From positions 11,033 through 75,032 of the forward strand of contig JAHEXW010000003.1 in assembly GCA_023251915.1 (NCBI GenBank): a stretch of 64,000 bases of DNA, written 5' to 3'. Shown piece after piece: positions 17,798 through 28,574 of the stretch (position 1 is its first letter; every line of letters starts with the position of its first letter). This DNA is from Actinomycetes bacterium (lineage in GTDB: Bacteria > Actinomycetota > JAHEXW01). The translations under genes and the position numbers were made by a program. The notes beneath the pieces were generated by a model. The model saw only the letters and a program-made list of their open reading frames with translations. It ran no database searches and was not told the origin of the DNA.

Positions 17798-19531
17798 TTG
17801 AAACGACTCCTCAAATACCTTAAACCCTATACGTTATCGATTGTCGTGATCTTCGTTTTGGTATATGTCCAAGTGCAGACCGACCTGCAACTTCCGGACT
17901 ATATGGCGAAAATCATCAACCAGGGGATCATCGGCAAAGACACCGGCTTGATCTGGAGCACCGGCGGATTGATGCTGCTAGTCTCGCTGTTGGGGGCCGC
18001 GTGTACGGTCGCCTACGGCTACATCGCCGTCAAGGTCGCGACCGGATTCTCGAAGACGATCAGGGAAGAGGTTTTCTCCAAGGTGGAAAGCTTCTCCTTG
18101 CGGGAATTTGATAAGTTCTCAACGGCGTCGCTGATCACCCGCTCGACCAACGACATCCAGCAGATCCAAATGGTCTTGGTCATGGTTCTGAGAATGGTTT
18201 TGTCGGCCCCGATCCTGGGCATCGGCGCTATCATTAAGGCCTACGGTAAGGCGCCTTCCATGTCTTGGATCATTGGTCTGGCCGTCGCGGTGCTGTTTGG
18301 CATGTTCATCGTTTTATTCACGATCGCCGTGCCGAAATTCAAGTTGCTGCAGAAGATGGTTGACAGGCTCAACCTCGTGACCAGAGAAAACCTGACCGGT
18401 TTGCGGGTCATACGCGCCTTTAATACCGAGGAGCAGGAAGAAGTAAAATTTGCCCGCGCCAACAGGGATTTAACCGATCTGAACTTGTTCGTTAACCGTT
18501 TGATGGTTATCATGCAGCCGATGATGATCATGATCCTCAACGTCGTCTCGATAATGATCGTCTGGGTAGGCGCCCATGAAATCGGGACGGGCAGCCTGCA
18601 AATCGGCGACATGATTGCGTTCATGCAGTACGCAATGCAGGTTATATTCGCTTTCTTGATGATATCGATCATTTTCATTCTGGTGCCGCGCGCGTCGGTT
18701 TCGGCGCAGCGGGTGGCCGACGTGATTGATACCGAACCGCTGATTCGCGACCCGCAAGAGCCAAAACGATACTCGCCAAACGTCAAAGGAATTGTCGAGT
18801 TCAAGAATGTGACGTTCTCATATCCGGGAGCGGAGACCCCTATTCTGAAGGACGTCTCTTTCACTGCCAAGGCGGGAGAGACCACGGCAATCATCGGCAG
18901 CACCGGCAGCGGCAAATCGACAGTTATTAATCTGATTCCCAGGTTCTACGACGTAACCGACGGGCAAGTACTCATCGACGGCCTGGACGTGCGCAACGTT
19001 ACTAAGGAAGACCTTTGCGACAAGATCGGTTTCGTTCCGCAAAAAGGCGTGCTCTTCACCGGCACAGTCGACAGCAATATCAAGTTCGGCCGGCCGAATG
19101 CCACTAACGCCGAGATTAAAAAAGCCGCCGAGACCGCGCAGGCTTACGATTTCATCATGGAGCTGGACGGCAAGTTTGACACGCCCATCGCCCAAGGCGG
19201 GGCAAACGTATCCGGAGGCCAGAAACAAAGGCTAGCCATAGCGCGCGCGATCATCAAGAAGCCGGAGATATATATATTTGACGACAGTTTCTCCGCGCTC
19301 GACTTTACAACCGATGCCGCCTTGCGGGAGGCGTTAAGCGCCGAAACAAGAAACGCGACAGTTCTGATCGTGGCCCAGCGGATCAGCACGATCATGACGG
19401 CCGACAAGATCATCGTGCTTGACGAGGGACGCGTCGTCGGCGTTGGCAAACACCAAGATCTGCTCAAGACCAGCCCCGTTTACCTGGAAATCGCCACCTC
19501 ACAGCTATCGCCTGAGGAGCTGGCGCTATGA
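17798..19531 (+). CDS. Heterodimeric ABC exporter, subunit with degenerate site (TM287-like)
   Basis: 6 TM plus NBD; GSTGSGKST, VSGGQKQR, Walker B FDDS (catalytic Glu replaced by Asp). Confidence 0.93.
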   Translation: MKRLLKYLKPYTLSIVVIFVLVYVQVQTDLQLPDYMAKIINQGIIGKDTGLIWSTGGLMLLVSLLGAACTVAYGYIAVKVATGFSKTIREEVFSKVESFSLREFDKFSTASLITRSTNDIQQIQMVLVMVLRMVLSAPILGIGAIIKAYGKAPSMSWIIGLAVAVLFGMFIVLFTIAVPKFKLLQKMVDRLNLVTRENLTGLRVIRAFNTEEQEEVKFARANRDLTDLNLFVNRLMVIMQPMMIMILNVVSIMIVWVGAHEIGTGSLQIGDMIAFMQYAMQVIFAFLMISIIFILVPRASVSAQRVADVIDTEPLIRDPQEPKRYSPNVKGIVEFKNVTFSYPGAETPILKDVSFTAKAGETTAIIGSTGSGKSTVINLIPRFYDVTDGQVLIDGLDVRNVTKEDLCDKIGFVPQKGVLFTGTVDSNIKFGRPNATNAEIKKAAETAQAYDFIMELDGKFDTPIAQGGANVSGGQKQRLAIARAIIKKPEIYIFDDSFSALDFTTDAALREALSAETRNATVLIVAQRISTIMTADKIIVLDEGRVVGVGKHQDLLKTSPVYLEIATSQLSPEELAL

Positions 19532-21579
19532 TGTCCGAGAGAAAAGACACAATGGCAGGAAAAGACAATCAGGGTCCGCAAAAGCCGCCGGCGGGCGGTC
19601 GAGGGCCGGGCGGCGGGCACTTTGGTCCAGGCGCCATGATGCCGGGTGAGAAGCCAAAGAATTTTAGGCGCACCATGAAGACTTTTATTTCGTATCTAAG
19701 GCCTTACTGGATGGCGATCATCATTGTTATCGTGTTCGCCATTGCGAGCACCGTCTTTGCCATCCTCAGCCCGAAGTACCTGGGTAAGATGACTAACCAG
19801 GTGGTCAATGACTACGTCAACATGAAGACCTATGACGCGGTGATAACGCAGTTTCCCAAGGGCGTGAAGATTCCGCCGGGTACAACCGGCGCCGATCTGC
19901 TGCAGACGGCTCCCCCAGCCTTAGTTAAGAAGATTCCCGCTGACAAGCTAGCGGCTTTCAGGAAACTCGACTTGAGTAAGCGCCCCACGATCGATTATTC
20001 GAAACTGCTCAGTCTGGCGTATCTGCTAATCGGGCTGTATCTATTGAGCGCCTTGTTCAGCTATATCCAAGGCTGGATCATGACGACCGTAACCCAGAAA
20101 ATCTCCTATACGTTCAGGCAAAATATTTCCGCGAAAATCAACCGAATGCCCCTCAAATACTTTGACTCCAGAAGTTTCGGCGATGTCTTGAGCCGCGTGA
20201 CAAACGACGTCGACACGATCAGTCAGACACTTAACCAGGGGATGACTCAGATCGTTACGTCCGTAACTATGATCATTGGGATTCTGATTATGATGCTGAC
20301 GATCAGCTGGCAGATGACCTTGGTCGCTCTCTTGCTTATCCCGCTCAGTTTTGGATTTATCGGTTTGATGGTCAAGTTAAGTCAAAAGCATTTCTTCGCG
20401 CAGCAACAAACCCTTGGTAAGCTCAACGGGCATGTGGAAGAGATGTACGGCGGGCACAATGTCGTCAAGGTCTTCAACGGCGAAAAGAAGAGCATCGCCA
20501 CCTTTAAGGCCATAAATAGCGACCTCTACGAAAGCGCCTGGAAATCCCAGTTTCTATCCGGTTTGATGATGCCGATCATGAATGTATTCGGCAACCTCGG
20601 GTTTGTCGGCGTATCGGTTCTGGGCGGCTGGCTGGCCGTCAAGGGAACTGTAAATATCGGCGACATCCAAGCTTTTATTCAGTACACGAGGCAATTCAAC
20701 CAACCGGTAATGCAAACCGCGAACATCGCGAACGTGTTGCAGTCGACCGCCGCGGCCGCCGAAAGAATCTTCGAATTCCTGGCCGAAGAGGAAGAGATTC
20801 CCGAGGCTGATCCTCCCGTCAAACTTGAGTCCGTTAAGGGTTCGGTTGAATTCGACCACGTTGTATTTGGCTACAACCCCGACCAAACAATCATTAAGGG
20901 ATTCAACGCCAGCGTCAAACCGGGGCAGCGTGTAGCGATAGTCGGGCCGACTGGGGCGGGCAAGACAACAATGGTCAACCTATTGATGAGATTCTACGAT
21001 GTCAACGGAGGGTCGATAAAGATCGATGGCGTCGACATTCGCGACATGAGGCGCGCTGACCTTAGACGCTTGTTTGGCATGGTGCTGCAGGACACCTGGC
21101 TCTTTAACGGGACTATAAAGGACAATGTCGCCTACGGAAACATAAAGGCAAGCGACGAAGAAATAACGGAGACAGCCATCGCCGCTCATGTCGACCACTT
21201 TGTCCGCTCTCTGCCTAACGGCTATCAGATGGAGCTGAACGAAGAGGCCGACAATATCTCGCAAGGCGAGAAACAGCTGATGACGATTGCACGCGCGATG
21301 CTGGCAAATCCGCCGATGCTGATCTTGGACGAAGCGACCAGCTCGGTAGACACGCGGACAGAGATGCTGATTCAGCAGGCCATGGAGAAGCTGATGGAAG
21401 GCCGGACAAGTTTTGTCATCGCGCACCGGCTCTCAACCATAATCCACGCCGACCTTATCCTGGTCATGGACGACGGGAATATTGTCGAGCAAGGTAAGCA
21501 TAGCGAACTTCTGGCCAAGAACGGCTTCTACGCGTCGCTTTACAACAGCCAATTTACCGCGCCGATGGTAGAGGGATAG
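19528..21579 (+). CDS. Heterodimeric ABC exporter, consensus-site subunit (TM288-like)
   Basis: GPTGAGKTT, ISQGEKQL, LILDEATS, IAHRL; enlarged loop between TM1 and TM2. Confidence 0.93.
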   Translation: MMSERKDTMAGKDNQGPQKPPAGGRGPGGGHFGPGAMMPGEKPKNFRRTMKTFISYLRPYWMAIIIVIVFAIASTVFAILSPKYLGKMTNQVVNDYVNMKTYDAVITQFPKGVKIPPGTTGADLLQTAPPALVKKIPADKLAAFRKLDLSKRPTIDYSKLLSLAYLLIGLYLLSALFSYIQGWIMTTVTQKISYTFRQNISAKINRMPLKYFDSRSFGDVLSRVTNDVDTISQTLNQGMTQIVTSVTMIIGILIMMLTISWQMTLVALLLIPLSFGFIGLMVKLSQKHFFAQQQTLGKLNGHVEEMYGGHNVVKVFNGEKKSIATFKAINSDLYESAWKSQFLSGLMMPIMNVFGNLGFVGVSVLGGWLAVKGTVNIGDIQAFIQYTRQFNQPVMQTANIANVLQSTAAAAERIFEFLAEEEEIPEADPPVKLESVKGSVEFDHVVFGYNPDQTIIKGFNASVKPGQRVAIVGPTGAGKTTMVNLLMRFYDVNGGSIKIDGVDIRDMRRADLRRLFGMVLQDTWLFNGTIKDNVAYGNIKASDEEITETAIAAHVDHFVRSLPNGYQMELNEEADNISQGEKQLMTIARAMLANPPMLILDEATSSVDTRTEMLIQQAMEKLMEGRTSFVIAHRLSTIIHADLILVMDDGNIVEQGKHSELLAKNGFYASLYNSQFTAPMVEG

Positions 21580-21631
21580 GCTCGTTGGAAACTCAGCATG
21601 CGCAGGGACGTTCGAGGCGTATAATCAGGTA

Positions 21632-23944
21632 ATGGCGAGAGAGCGAATCCGTTTATTAATCAAAGGTGTCGTTCAAGGGGTCGGATTCCGGCCCTTTGTT
21701 TATCAGCTGGCGCAACGGCACGATGTGTCCGGATTCGTCCTCAATACCGGTGAGGGCGTTGTTGTCGAGGCTGAAGGTGAACTTAAAGACCTGGAGCGTT
21801 TCCGCCACGCGCTGAAGCCGGAAGCTCCGCCCCGCGCCGTCATCGAGTCGATCAGCCCGCGCATCATGCACGTCCAGGGCGACGCCGGGTTCGTTATTCA
21901 ACCTAGTCTGGCCCAACCCGACGAATTTCAACTAGTTTCTCCGGACATCGCTACCTGCGACGATTGCGCGGCGGAAGTCTTCGATCCAGCCGACCGACGT
22001 TGGCGCTACCCCTTTACAAACTGCACTAATTGCGGGCCCCGGTTCACCATTATCGAAGACATGCCTTACGACCGGCCCAAAACCACCATGAATAAATTTG
22101 AGATGTGTTCGGATTGCCAGCGGGAGTATGATGATCCGAATAACCGGCGCTTTCATGCCCAACCAAACGCTTGTCCGGTGTGTGGGCCGAGGCTGTCGTT
22201 TGTTGGCAGACGACCCCAGGACCAGACGACCGCAGACCAGCAAACCGTAAACCTTGAGGGCGAAGAGGCCCTAGCGGCGGCGGTCGAGATGTTGCAAGCC
22301 GGGCAGATCGTCGCCATCAAGGGACTGGGTGGTTTCCAGCTGGCCTGTGACGCGGGTAACGAAGACGCCGTAAAACGACTGCGCGACAAGAAGCATCGCT
22401 ATGGCAAGCCGCTGGCGGTGATGACGGAGACGATCAAGGAGGCCGCGGAGATATGTTTTATCAATGCCGCGGAACAAGAGCTGCTAGAGTCTCCGGAACG
22501 TCCGATCGTTCTGCTGCGCCGCCGCCCTAAAGACGTTGTCGCGCCGAACATCGCACCAGGCAACAACTATATCGGCATTATGCTTCCCTACACGCCGCTG
22601 CATCAACTACTGCTGCGTGACACAGGGCTGATATTGGTCATGACAAGCGGAAATATAAGCGAGGAGCCGATTGCCGCCGAAAACACCGAGGGATTGCGAC
22701 GTCTCGAACATGTCGCCGACGGCTGGCTGCTGCACGACCGAGATATCTACTCCCGCTATGACGATCCGGTTGTCCGTATTGTCGAGGGACACCGCGTTAT
22801 GATCCGGCGCGCCCGTGGCTACGCACCCTACCCGGTTCACCTGACTTTTAAGGCCAAGAAAGAGGTTTTAGCCGTCGGCGGTGAACTCAAAAGCACGTTT
22901 TGTCTTCTTAAGGAAGGCTACGGGTTCGTGTCACAGCATATTGGCGACATGGAAAATGTGGAAACGTTTGAGCATTTCGAACGGACGCTTGAGCTTTACA
23001 AGCGACTGTTCCGAATTAATCCTGAGGTCGTCGCCTGTGACATGCATCCGGATTACTTCTCGTCCAAATTCGCGCGCGATCTCAAGGCGCCCCGTTTGGT
23101 TGAGGTCCAGCATCACCACGCGCACATCGTCAGCTGCGCGGTTGAGAACGGCTGGCGCGACCAGGTAATCGGTGTTGCTTTTGACGGTACCGGTTACGGC
23201 ACCGACGGCACGATCTGGGGCGGGGAATTTCTGCTGGCGGACTGGGCCGGTTTCGAACGGGCCGCTCATCTTAAGCAGATTCGGTTACCCGGTGGCGAGG
23301 CAGCGGTTGAGAAGCCCTACCGGACCGCGCTCTCCTATCTGTTGAGCACATATGGTGACGCCTACGCCGATCTGGGGTTGGACTTCTTGAGCCGGCTTGA
23401 TCCGGTGGAAACAGAGATTCTGGAACGTCAGGTGGCGACCGGCTTGTTGTCCCCCTTAACGTCCAGCGCCGGTCGGTTATTTGACGCCGTCTCTTCGCTC
23501 ATCGGGGTGCGGGACGCTATCGAGTTCGAGGGGCAAGCGGCAATCGAACTGGAGATGCAGTCAGACGAGGCCGAGCACGGCCGTTATGAGTTTGACTATA
23601 TAGCGGCGCCGGGCCAACCGACGGTGATCAACACCGACCCGCTGATCAAGGGCATTGTTAATGATTTGCTGAAATGCGTGCCAGCCGCCGTTATCGGTGC
23701 GAAATTCCAGGCCACGGTCGCGGACATAATAGTCGCGACCTGCGGGCGCCTAAGGGAAGCGACTGGCGTGCGAACAGTCGCCTTGTCAGGCGGTGTTTTT
23801 CAAAACGCGACTTTATACGCGAGAGTTATCAAGGGTCTAAAGAAGCAGGATTTTCGCTTACTGTTGCACAAGGAACTGCCCGTTAACGACGGCGGCATTT
23901 CTCTAGGGCAGGCTGTTGTCGCGCACACCCTCGCGGCCACGTAA
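21632..23944 (+). CDS. hypF: Carbamoyltransferase HypF
   Basis: Acylphosphatase domain GVVQGVGFRPFV, zinc fingers CDDC..CTNC / CSDC..CPVC, IKGLGGFQLAC, QHHHAH, DGTGYG, PVNDGG. Confidence 0.97.
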   Translation: MARERIRLLIKGVVQGVGFRPFVYQLAQRHDVSGFVLNTGEGVVVEAEGELKDLERFRHALKPEAPPRAVIESISPRIMHVQGDAGFVIQPSLAQPDEFQLVSPDIATCDDCAAEVFDPADRRWRYPFTNCTNCGPRFTIIEDMPYDRPKTTMNKFEMCSDCQREYDDPNNRRFHAQPNACPVCGPRLSFVGRRPQDQTTADQQTVNLEGEEALAAAVEMLQAGQIVAIKGLGGFQLACDAGNEDAVKRLRDKKHRYGKPLAVMTETIKEAAEICFINAAEQELLESPERPIVLLRRRPKDVVAPNIAPGNNYIGIMLPYTPLHQLLLRDTGLILVMTSGNISEEPIAAENTEGLRRLEHVADGWLLHDRDIYSRYDDPVVRIVEGHRVMIRRARGYAPYPVHLTFKAKKEVLAVGGELKSTFCLLKEGYGFVSQHIGDMENVETFEHFERTLELYKRLFRINPEVVACDMHPDYFSSKFARDLKAPRLVEVQHHHAHIVSCAVENGWRDQVIGVAFDGTGYGTDGTIWGGEFLLADWAGFERAAHLKQIRLPGGEAAVEKPYRTALSYLLSTYGDAYADLGLDFLSRLDPVETEILERQVATGLLSPLTSSAGRLFDAVSSLIGVRDAIEFEGQAAIELEMQSDEAEHGRYEFDYIAAPGQPTVINTDPLIKGIVNDLLKCVPAAVIGAKFQATVADIIVATCGRLREATGVRTVALSGGVFQNATLYARVIKGLKKQDFRLLLHKELPVNDGGISLGQAVVAHTLAAT

Positions 23945-24122
23945 CGACCCTAGTATTTACCCTAGTTTTTTTGTTTGCGTCTTCACAATTCGGCGCGCAC
24001 CTAATATGCTGGGATTCAACCTCATTGCAGCTATCTTGACGCATTCTTTCTCTTCTTGTCTTTTCTTCTGACATCTTTGCCAGTCGCGAAAATCTTCACG
24101 CACGCTTACTAGAGGAGGAAAC

Positions 24123-27100
24123 ATGTCCAAAATACTAAAAACCCTATGGCTCGGTCTGATTATGTCCTTTCTTCTAATTACCGGCACCGCGGCGGCGGCT
24201 TCAACAGCGCCGGCTGCGATCGGCACCATTCCCGTAAGCGCTGCGGCTCTAGCTGTTACGCCGTCTATGGCTTGGTCCAGCAGCTCTTTCGATGCGTCAA
24301 AAGCAAAGGTTGCGAGCGGCGATTTCGATGGTGACGGAATGAAAGACACCGCCATCCTTTATGACTACGGTCACGCGACCACACGTCTCTGGCTAATGAA
24401 ATCCACCGGCACAACGTTCACGTCTAGCCTGGCGTGGTCCAGCGGCAGCGGCAATTTTGATTGGAGCAAAGCGAAGATGGCCGCCGGTGATTTTAACGGT
24501 GACGGGAAATCCGATTTGGCGATCGCGTATGACTATGGCAGCGCCGACACGGGCGTTTGGATCTTCCGATCTAACGGGACGACGTTTACACCCACCCTTA
24601 CCTGGAATAGCGGTTCCAATAACTTTGATTGGAGCAAAATAAAGATGGCTGCGGGCGATGTCGACGGTGCCGCTCCGGCTCGTGACGACTTGATGTTTCT
24701 GTATGACTACGGACACGCCACCAGCCGAATTTGGATAATGAAATCGAATGGAACCACGCTTACGCCTAGCCTAGCCTGGTCGAGTGTCTCCGGCTCTTTT
24801 GACTGGAGCAAGGCAATGATCACGGCCGCTGATTACGATGGTAACGGCCAGGCCGACATGGGGATTCTTTATGACTATGGTATAGCCACCAGCCGCCTAT
24901 GGCTGATGAAATCGAACGGTACTACTATGACGTCTAATCTTGCCTGGTCGAGTGCGCCTGGCAGCTGGGACTGGAATCGCTCTAGGATAGTTTCGGGTGA
25001 GTTCAGCGGAGACGGCCAGGCTGACATCGTCATTCTCTACGACTATGGCTTTGCGACCAGCCGTCTATGGCGTTTTAAGTCTGCGGGAAGCACGATGTCC
25101 GCGGTCAATATCTGGTATAGCGGCGTCGGTGATTTTGACGCTGCGCGCACCCAAGCAACGTGCGGCGACTACGATAACGATTCGATTTGCGAGGTGGCCG
25201 CCCTTTATGACTACGGCCAAACGGCAAGCGCACTGTGGTTATTTGATGATATCAACGCCAGTTTCCTCCCAACCCTCACCTGGCCCGCGCCGGCCGCGAT
25301 TACATATGGCACGGCACTCAGTTCAACCCAGCTGAATGCCACGGCCAGTGTGCCGGGAGTGTTTGTGTATACGCCGGCCGCCGGGACGATTCTTAACGCC
25401 GGAGCCGGACGTGCTCTGTCGGTAATGTTTACGCCGACCGATCTGGTTAATTACGATCCTGTAACTCAAACAACAGCAATCACAGTGAATAAGGCCAATC
25501 AGGCGATCACTTTCGGGCCTCTGGGCGCTAAGGCTGCCAGCGATCCGCCTTTCACCGTATCCGCGACCGCAACTTCAGGTCTGGCAGTGACGTTCAGCAT
25601 AGTTAGCGGCCCCGCGACAATTAACGGCAACACGGTTACGCTTACTGGAGCGGGAACGGTTGTCGTTCGCGCCAGCCAGGCAGGCAACGGCAACTATAAC
25701 GCCGCCGCCCCTGTCGACCAATCGTTCGCGGTAACAATTGGTACGCCGACAATATCATGGCCCACGCCGGCTGACATTCCATACGGCACGGCGTTAAGCT
25801 CGACTCAGCTAAACGCGACCGCGGGCGGCGTCTCTGGAACATTCGTCTACACGCCGCCGGCTGGCACGATTCTAGAAGTCGGACCCAATCAGGTCTTATC
25901 GGTGACCTTTACGCCGACTGACCCGCTTAGTTTCAACCCGGTCACGCAAACCACAACCATCAATGTTGTTAAAGCCAGTCCCGGGTTGGCTTGGGTCACG
26001 CCCTCGGCCATCACCTACGGTACACCGTTAAGCTCTACTCAGCTAAACGCTACGGCGGCTGTGGCCGGAGTATTTGTTTACACCCCGACGGCCGGGACAG
26101 TCCTTGACGCCGGCGTCGGCCAGACATTGTCGGTCACTTTTACACCGACCGACACGACTCACTATAATTCGGCGACCTTAACAACAACGATTACAGTCAA
26201 CAAAGCCGAATCAGAAGTCAACTGGACAAATCCGGCGGACATCGTCTACGGCACCATGCTGAGCTCTACCCAGCTGAACGCAACGGCGGAAGTGCCCGGA
26301 GAGTTCGTCTATACACCGCCGAGCGGCACTCTCCTTAACGCTGGTATGGGACAGACGCTTTCTGTCGAATTCACGCCTGATGACGAGACCAACTATCGGG
26401 AAGAAACGGCCACGGTGACTATAAACGTTCTGAAGGCTGATCCGGTCATCACGTGGGCGTCGCCGGCCGACATCACTTACGGCACACCTCTAAGCTCGAC
26501 CCAGCTCGACGCAACCTCGGGCGGAGTTGCCGGGGCTTTCGTGTATACCCCGCCGGCCGGAACCGTCTTGAACGCCGGGGCGGGGCAGACATTGTCAGTT
26601 ACCTTCACACCGACAAATACCACAAACTACAACTCGGCGACCCAGACGACAACGATCACCGTCCTGAAGGCCGATCCTGTTATTGCCTGGGCGGCGCCGG
26701 CCGACATTACCTGGCCGACACCGCTTAGCTCTACTCAGCTCAACGCGACCTCAGGCGGAGTCGCGGGAGCTTTCGTGTACACGCCGCCAGCCGGAACGGT
26801 GCTCTCTGAGGGCCTTGGGCAGACGCTGTCGGTAGATTTCACACCGACGGACACGACAAACTACAACTCGGCGACCCAGACGACAACGATTAACGTTTTG
26901 CCAAGCAACGAGAAAGCGATAATCAGCTTCTCGATACCGACAGGGGCGACGACAATTAACGAAACAGCGCACACCGTCGAGGTCGCTGTTCCAGGAGAAA
27001 CCGATGTGGCCGCGCTTGTCCCGACAATCACGGTGTCGCCGATGGCCTTTGTTTGGCCGTCTAGCGGGGTCGCCCAGGACTTCACGTTCCCGATGCCCTA

Positions 27101-28490
27101 CCTTGTTACCGCGCAAAACGGCACGACTCAGTTTTACCAGGTGACAGTGGTAATTGATGATACAGGTCCGACCGGCGGAACCTTGTCTTGGAACACGGCG
27201 AATCATCCCGCCGTCATGACCGTCGAACCCACCGGCAGTCTCTACGCGGCCGGCACGATAGCTGGTCCCACAGACTCGCTGAACGGTTTGAGCGTCGTCT
27301 TCACCGATGCCCATCTTGCCCTTGCTGACGTCCCCGTCCTGTTCGACGGAGCCGCCAACGGAGTGATGCGTTACACAGGCAGCGGTGACATTTGGGATTA
27401 TTGGCCGGATACGCCGATTATCCTGGGCGAAGGCGAACACACCATGTTGGCTAACTTCATTGATACCGTCGGTAACGCAACACCGATGATTGTCACATTA
27501 CCGGTAGCGGACATTACAGCGCCGGTTATTGCCTTGAACGGAATTACACCGGTCAACATCTTCGTTGACGCTGATTATTTTGACGCAGGGGCAACGGCAA
27601 CCGATGATGTCGATGGCTTGTTCCAGGCAACCGCTACAGGCACGGTCGATACTCACGCGATCGGCACCTATACGATCACCTATAACGCGACGGACGCGGC
27701 GGGTAATCACGCCACGCCAGTCACCAGAACGGTGAACGTGCTTCCGAAGGTCTCGGTCACAGCCGCCGCCGACACCCGGGTTTTGGCGTCCAACGGCAGC
27801 TCGACGGTCCTAGCGGAGTTCTTGCCGGTCCTGACGTCACCGCTCTATCGCGGGAATGACGCTTACTATGGGATTCGCGCGGTTACGGCTGCCGACTCGG
27901 GCCCAAGTCTCCATTGGGAGATAACGGTCCACAAAGCGTCGACTGTGCTGACAGCCGGAATGGCGACCCTTACCCAGAAAGGCCGGTATGACGCGACGAG
28001 TGGTCTTGTGGCAGATGCCGCCTACGGGCCATCGGTTGTCGGTAACGACATCTTATTCACCGGAGCCTCGGGTTGGACCACGGTAACAGGAGACGACTTC
28101 ACAGACGTTGATAACGTTCATTTCAACGCTAGCGCACCTCAGGGAGACTATACGGTCACCCGGCGGCTGATCGACGAGGCGACCGGCAGCGTGATATCTA
28201 ATACTTACACGCAAACGGTCACGGTCGTCGCGAATCCCGCCAAAGCGATTATCGGATTCACGATTCCGACAGGCGTCACGATAATCAATGAGAGCGCGAA
28301 AACAATCGCTGTGTCTGTTCCGACGGGCACGGATGTGACGGCGCTTGTGCCGACGGTTACTGTATCGCCGCTGGCGCACGTGGTGCCGGCGAGCGGGCTG
28401 GCGAGGGATTTCACCTTCCCGGTGGCTTACTTGGTAACTGCGGATAATGGAACAACGCAATTCTATCTGGTGACAGTCACCGTACTTTAG
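24123..28490 (+). CDS. Large secreted repeat protein: FG-GAP/VCBS-like propeller plus Ig-like stalk repeats
   Basis: Signal peptide; six GDFxGDG...LYDYG repeats; six ~78-aa TYGTxLSSTQLNAT repeats; two KAIIxFxIP...DFTFP..YLVTAxNGTTQFY domains; APVIALNG...GATATDDVDG (DUF5011-like). Confidence 0.9.
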   Translation: MSKILKTLWLGLIMSFLLITGTAAAASTAPAAIGTIPVSAAALAVTPSMAWSSSSFDASKAKVASGDFDGDGMKDTAILYDYGHATTRLWLMKSTGTTFTSSLAWSSGSGNFDWSKAKMAAGDFNGDGKSDLAIAYDYGSADTGVWIFRSNGTTFTPTLTWNSGSNNFDWSKIKMAAGDVDGAAPARDDLMFLYDYGHATSRIWIMKSNGTTLTPSLAWSSVSGSFDWSKAMITAADYDGNGQADMGILYDYGIATSRLWLMKSNGTTMTSNLAWSSAPGSWDWNRSRIVSGEFSGDGQADIVILYDYGFATSRLWRFKSAGSTMSAVNIWYSGVGDFDAARTQATCGDYDNDSICEVAALYDYGQTASALWLFDDINASFLPTLTWPAPAAITYGTALSSTQLNATASVPGVFVYTPAAGTILNAGAGRALSVMFTPTDLVNYDPVTQTTAITVNKANQAITFGPLGAKAASDPPFTVSATATSGLAVTFSIVSGPATINGNTVTLTGAGTVVVRASQAGNGNYNAAAPVDQSFAVTIGTPTISWPTPADIPYGTALSSTQLNATAGGVSGTFVYTPPAGTILEVGPNQVLSVTFTPTDPLSFNPVTQTTTINVVKASPGLAWVTPSAITYGTPLSSTQLNATAAVAGVFVYTPTAGTVLDAGVGQTLSVTFTPTDTTHYNSATLTTTITVNKAESEVNWTNPADIVYGTMLSSTQLNATAEVPGEFVYTPPSGTLLNAGMGQTLSVEFTPDDETNYREETATVTINVLKADPVITWASPADITYGTPLSSTQLDATSGGVAGAFVYTPPAGTVLNAGAGQTLSVTFTPTNTTNYNSATQTTTITVLKADPVIAWAAPADITWPTPLSSTQLNATSGGVAGAFVYTPPAGTVLSEGLGQTLSVDFTPTDTTNYNSATQTTTINVLPSNEKAIISFSIPTGATTINETAHTVEVAVPGETDVAALVPTITVSPMAFVWPSSGVAQDFTFPMPYLVTAQNGTTQFYQVTVVIDDTGPTGGTLSWNTANHPAVMTVEPTGSLYAAGTIAGPTDSLNGLSVVFTDAHLALADVPVLFDGAANGVMRYTGSGDIWDYWPDTPIILGEGEHTMLANFIDTVGNATPMIVTLPVADITAPVIALNGITPVNIFVDADYFDAGATATDDVDGLFQATATGTVDTHAIGTYTITYNATDAAGNHATPVTRTVNVLPKVSVTAAADTRVLASNGSSTVLAEFLPVLTSPLYRGNDAYYGIRAVTAADSGPSLHWEITVHKASTVLTAGMATLTQKGRYDATSGLVADAAYGPSVVGNDILFTGASGWTTVTGDDFTDVDNVHFNASAPQGDYTVTRRLIDEATGSVISNTYTQTVTVVANPAKAIIGFTIPTGVTIINESAKTIAVSVPTGTDVTALVPTVTVSPLAHVVPASGLARDFTFPVAYLVTADNGTTQFYLVTVTVL

Positions 28491-28522
28491 CAGCGTTTGC
28501 GGCAACGCCGCGGCTGAATAAT

Positions 28523-28559
28523 AAAGCCGTTGCATCGCCTAATGTGATGCAACGGCTTT
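28523..28559. terminator. Bidirectional intrinsic terminator between convergent genes
   Basis: AAAGCCGTTGCATC-N9-GATGCAACGGCTTT perfect 14-bp inverted repeat. Confidence 0.8.
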
Positions 28560-28574
28560 CTCGCGTACAATCAG

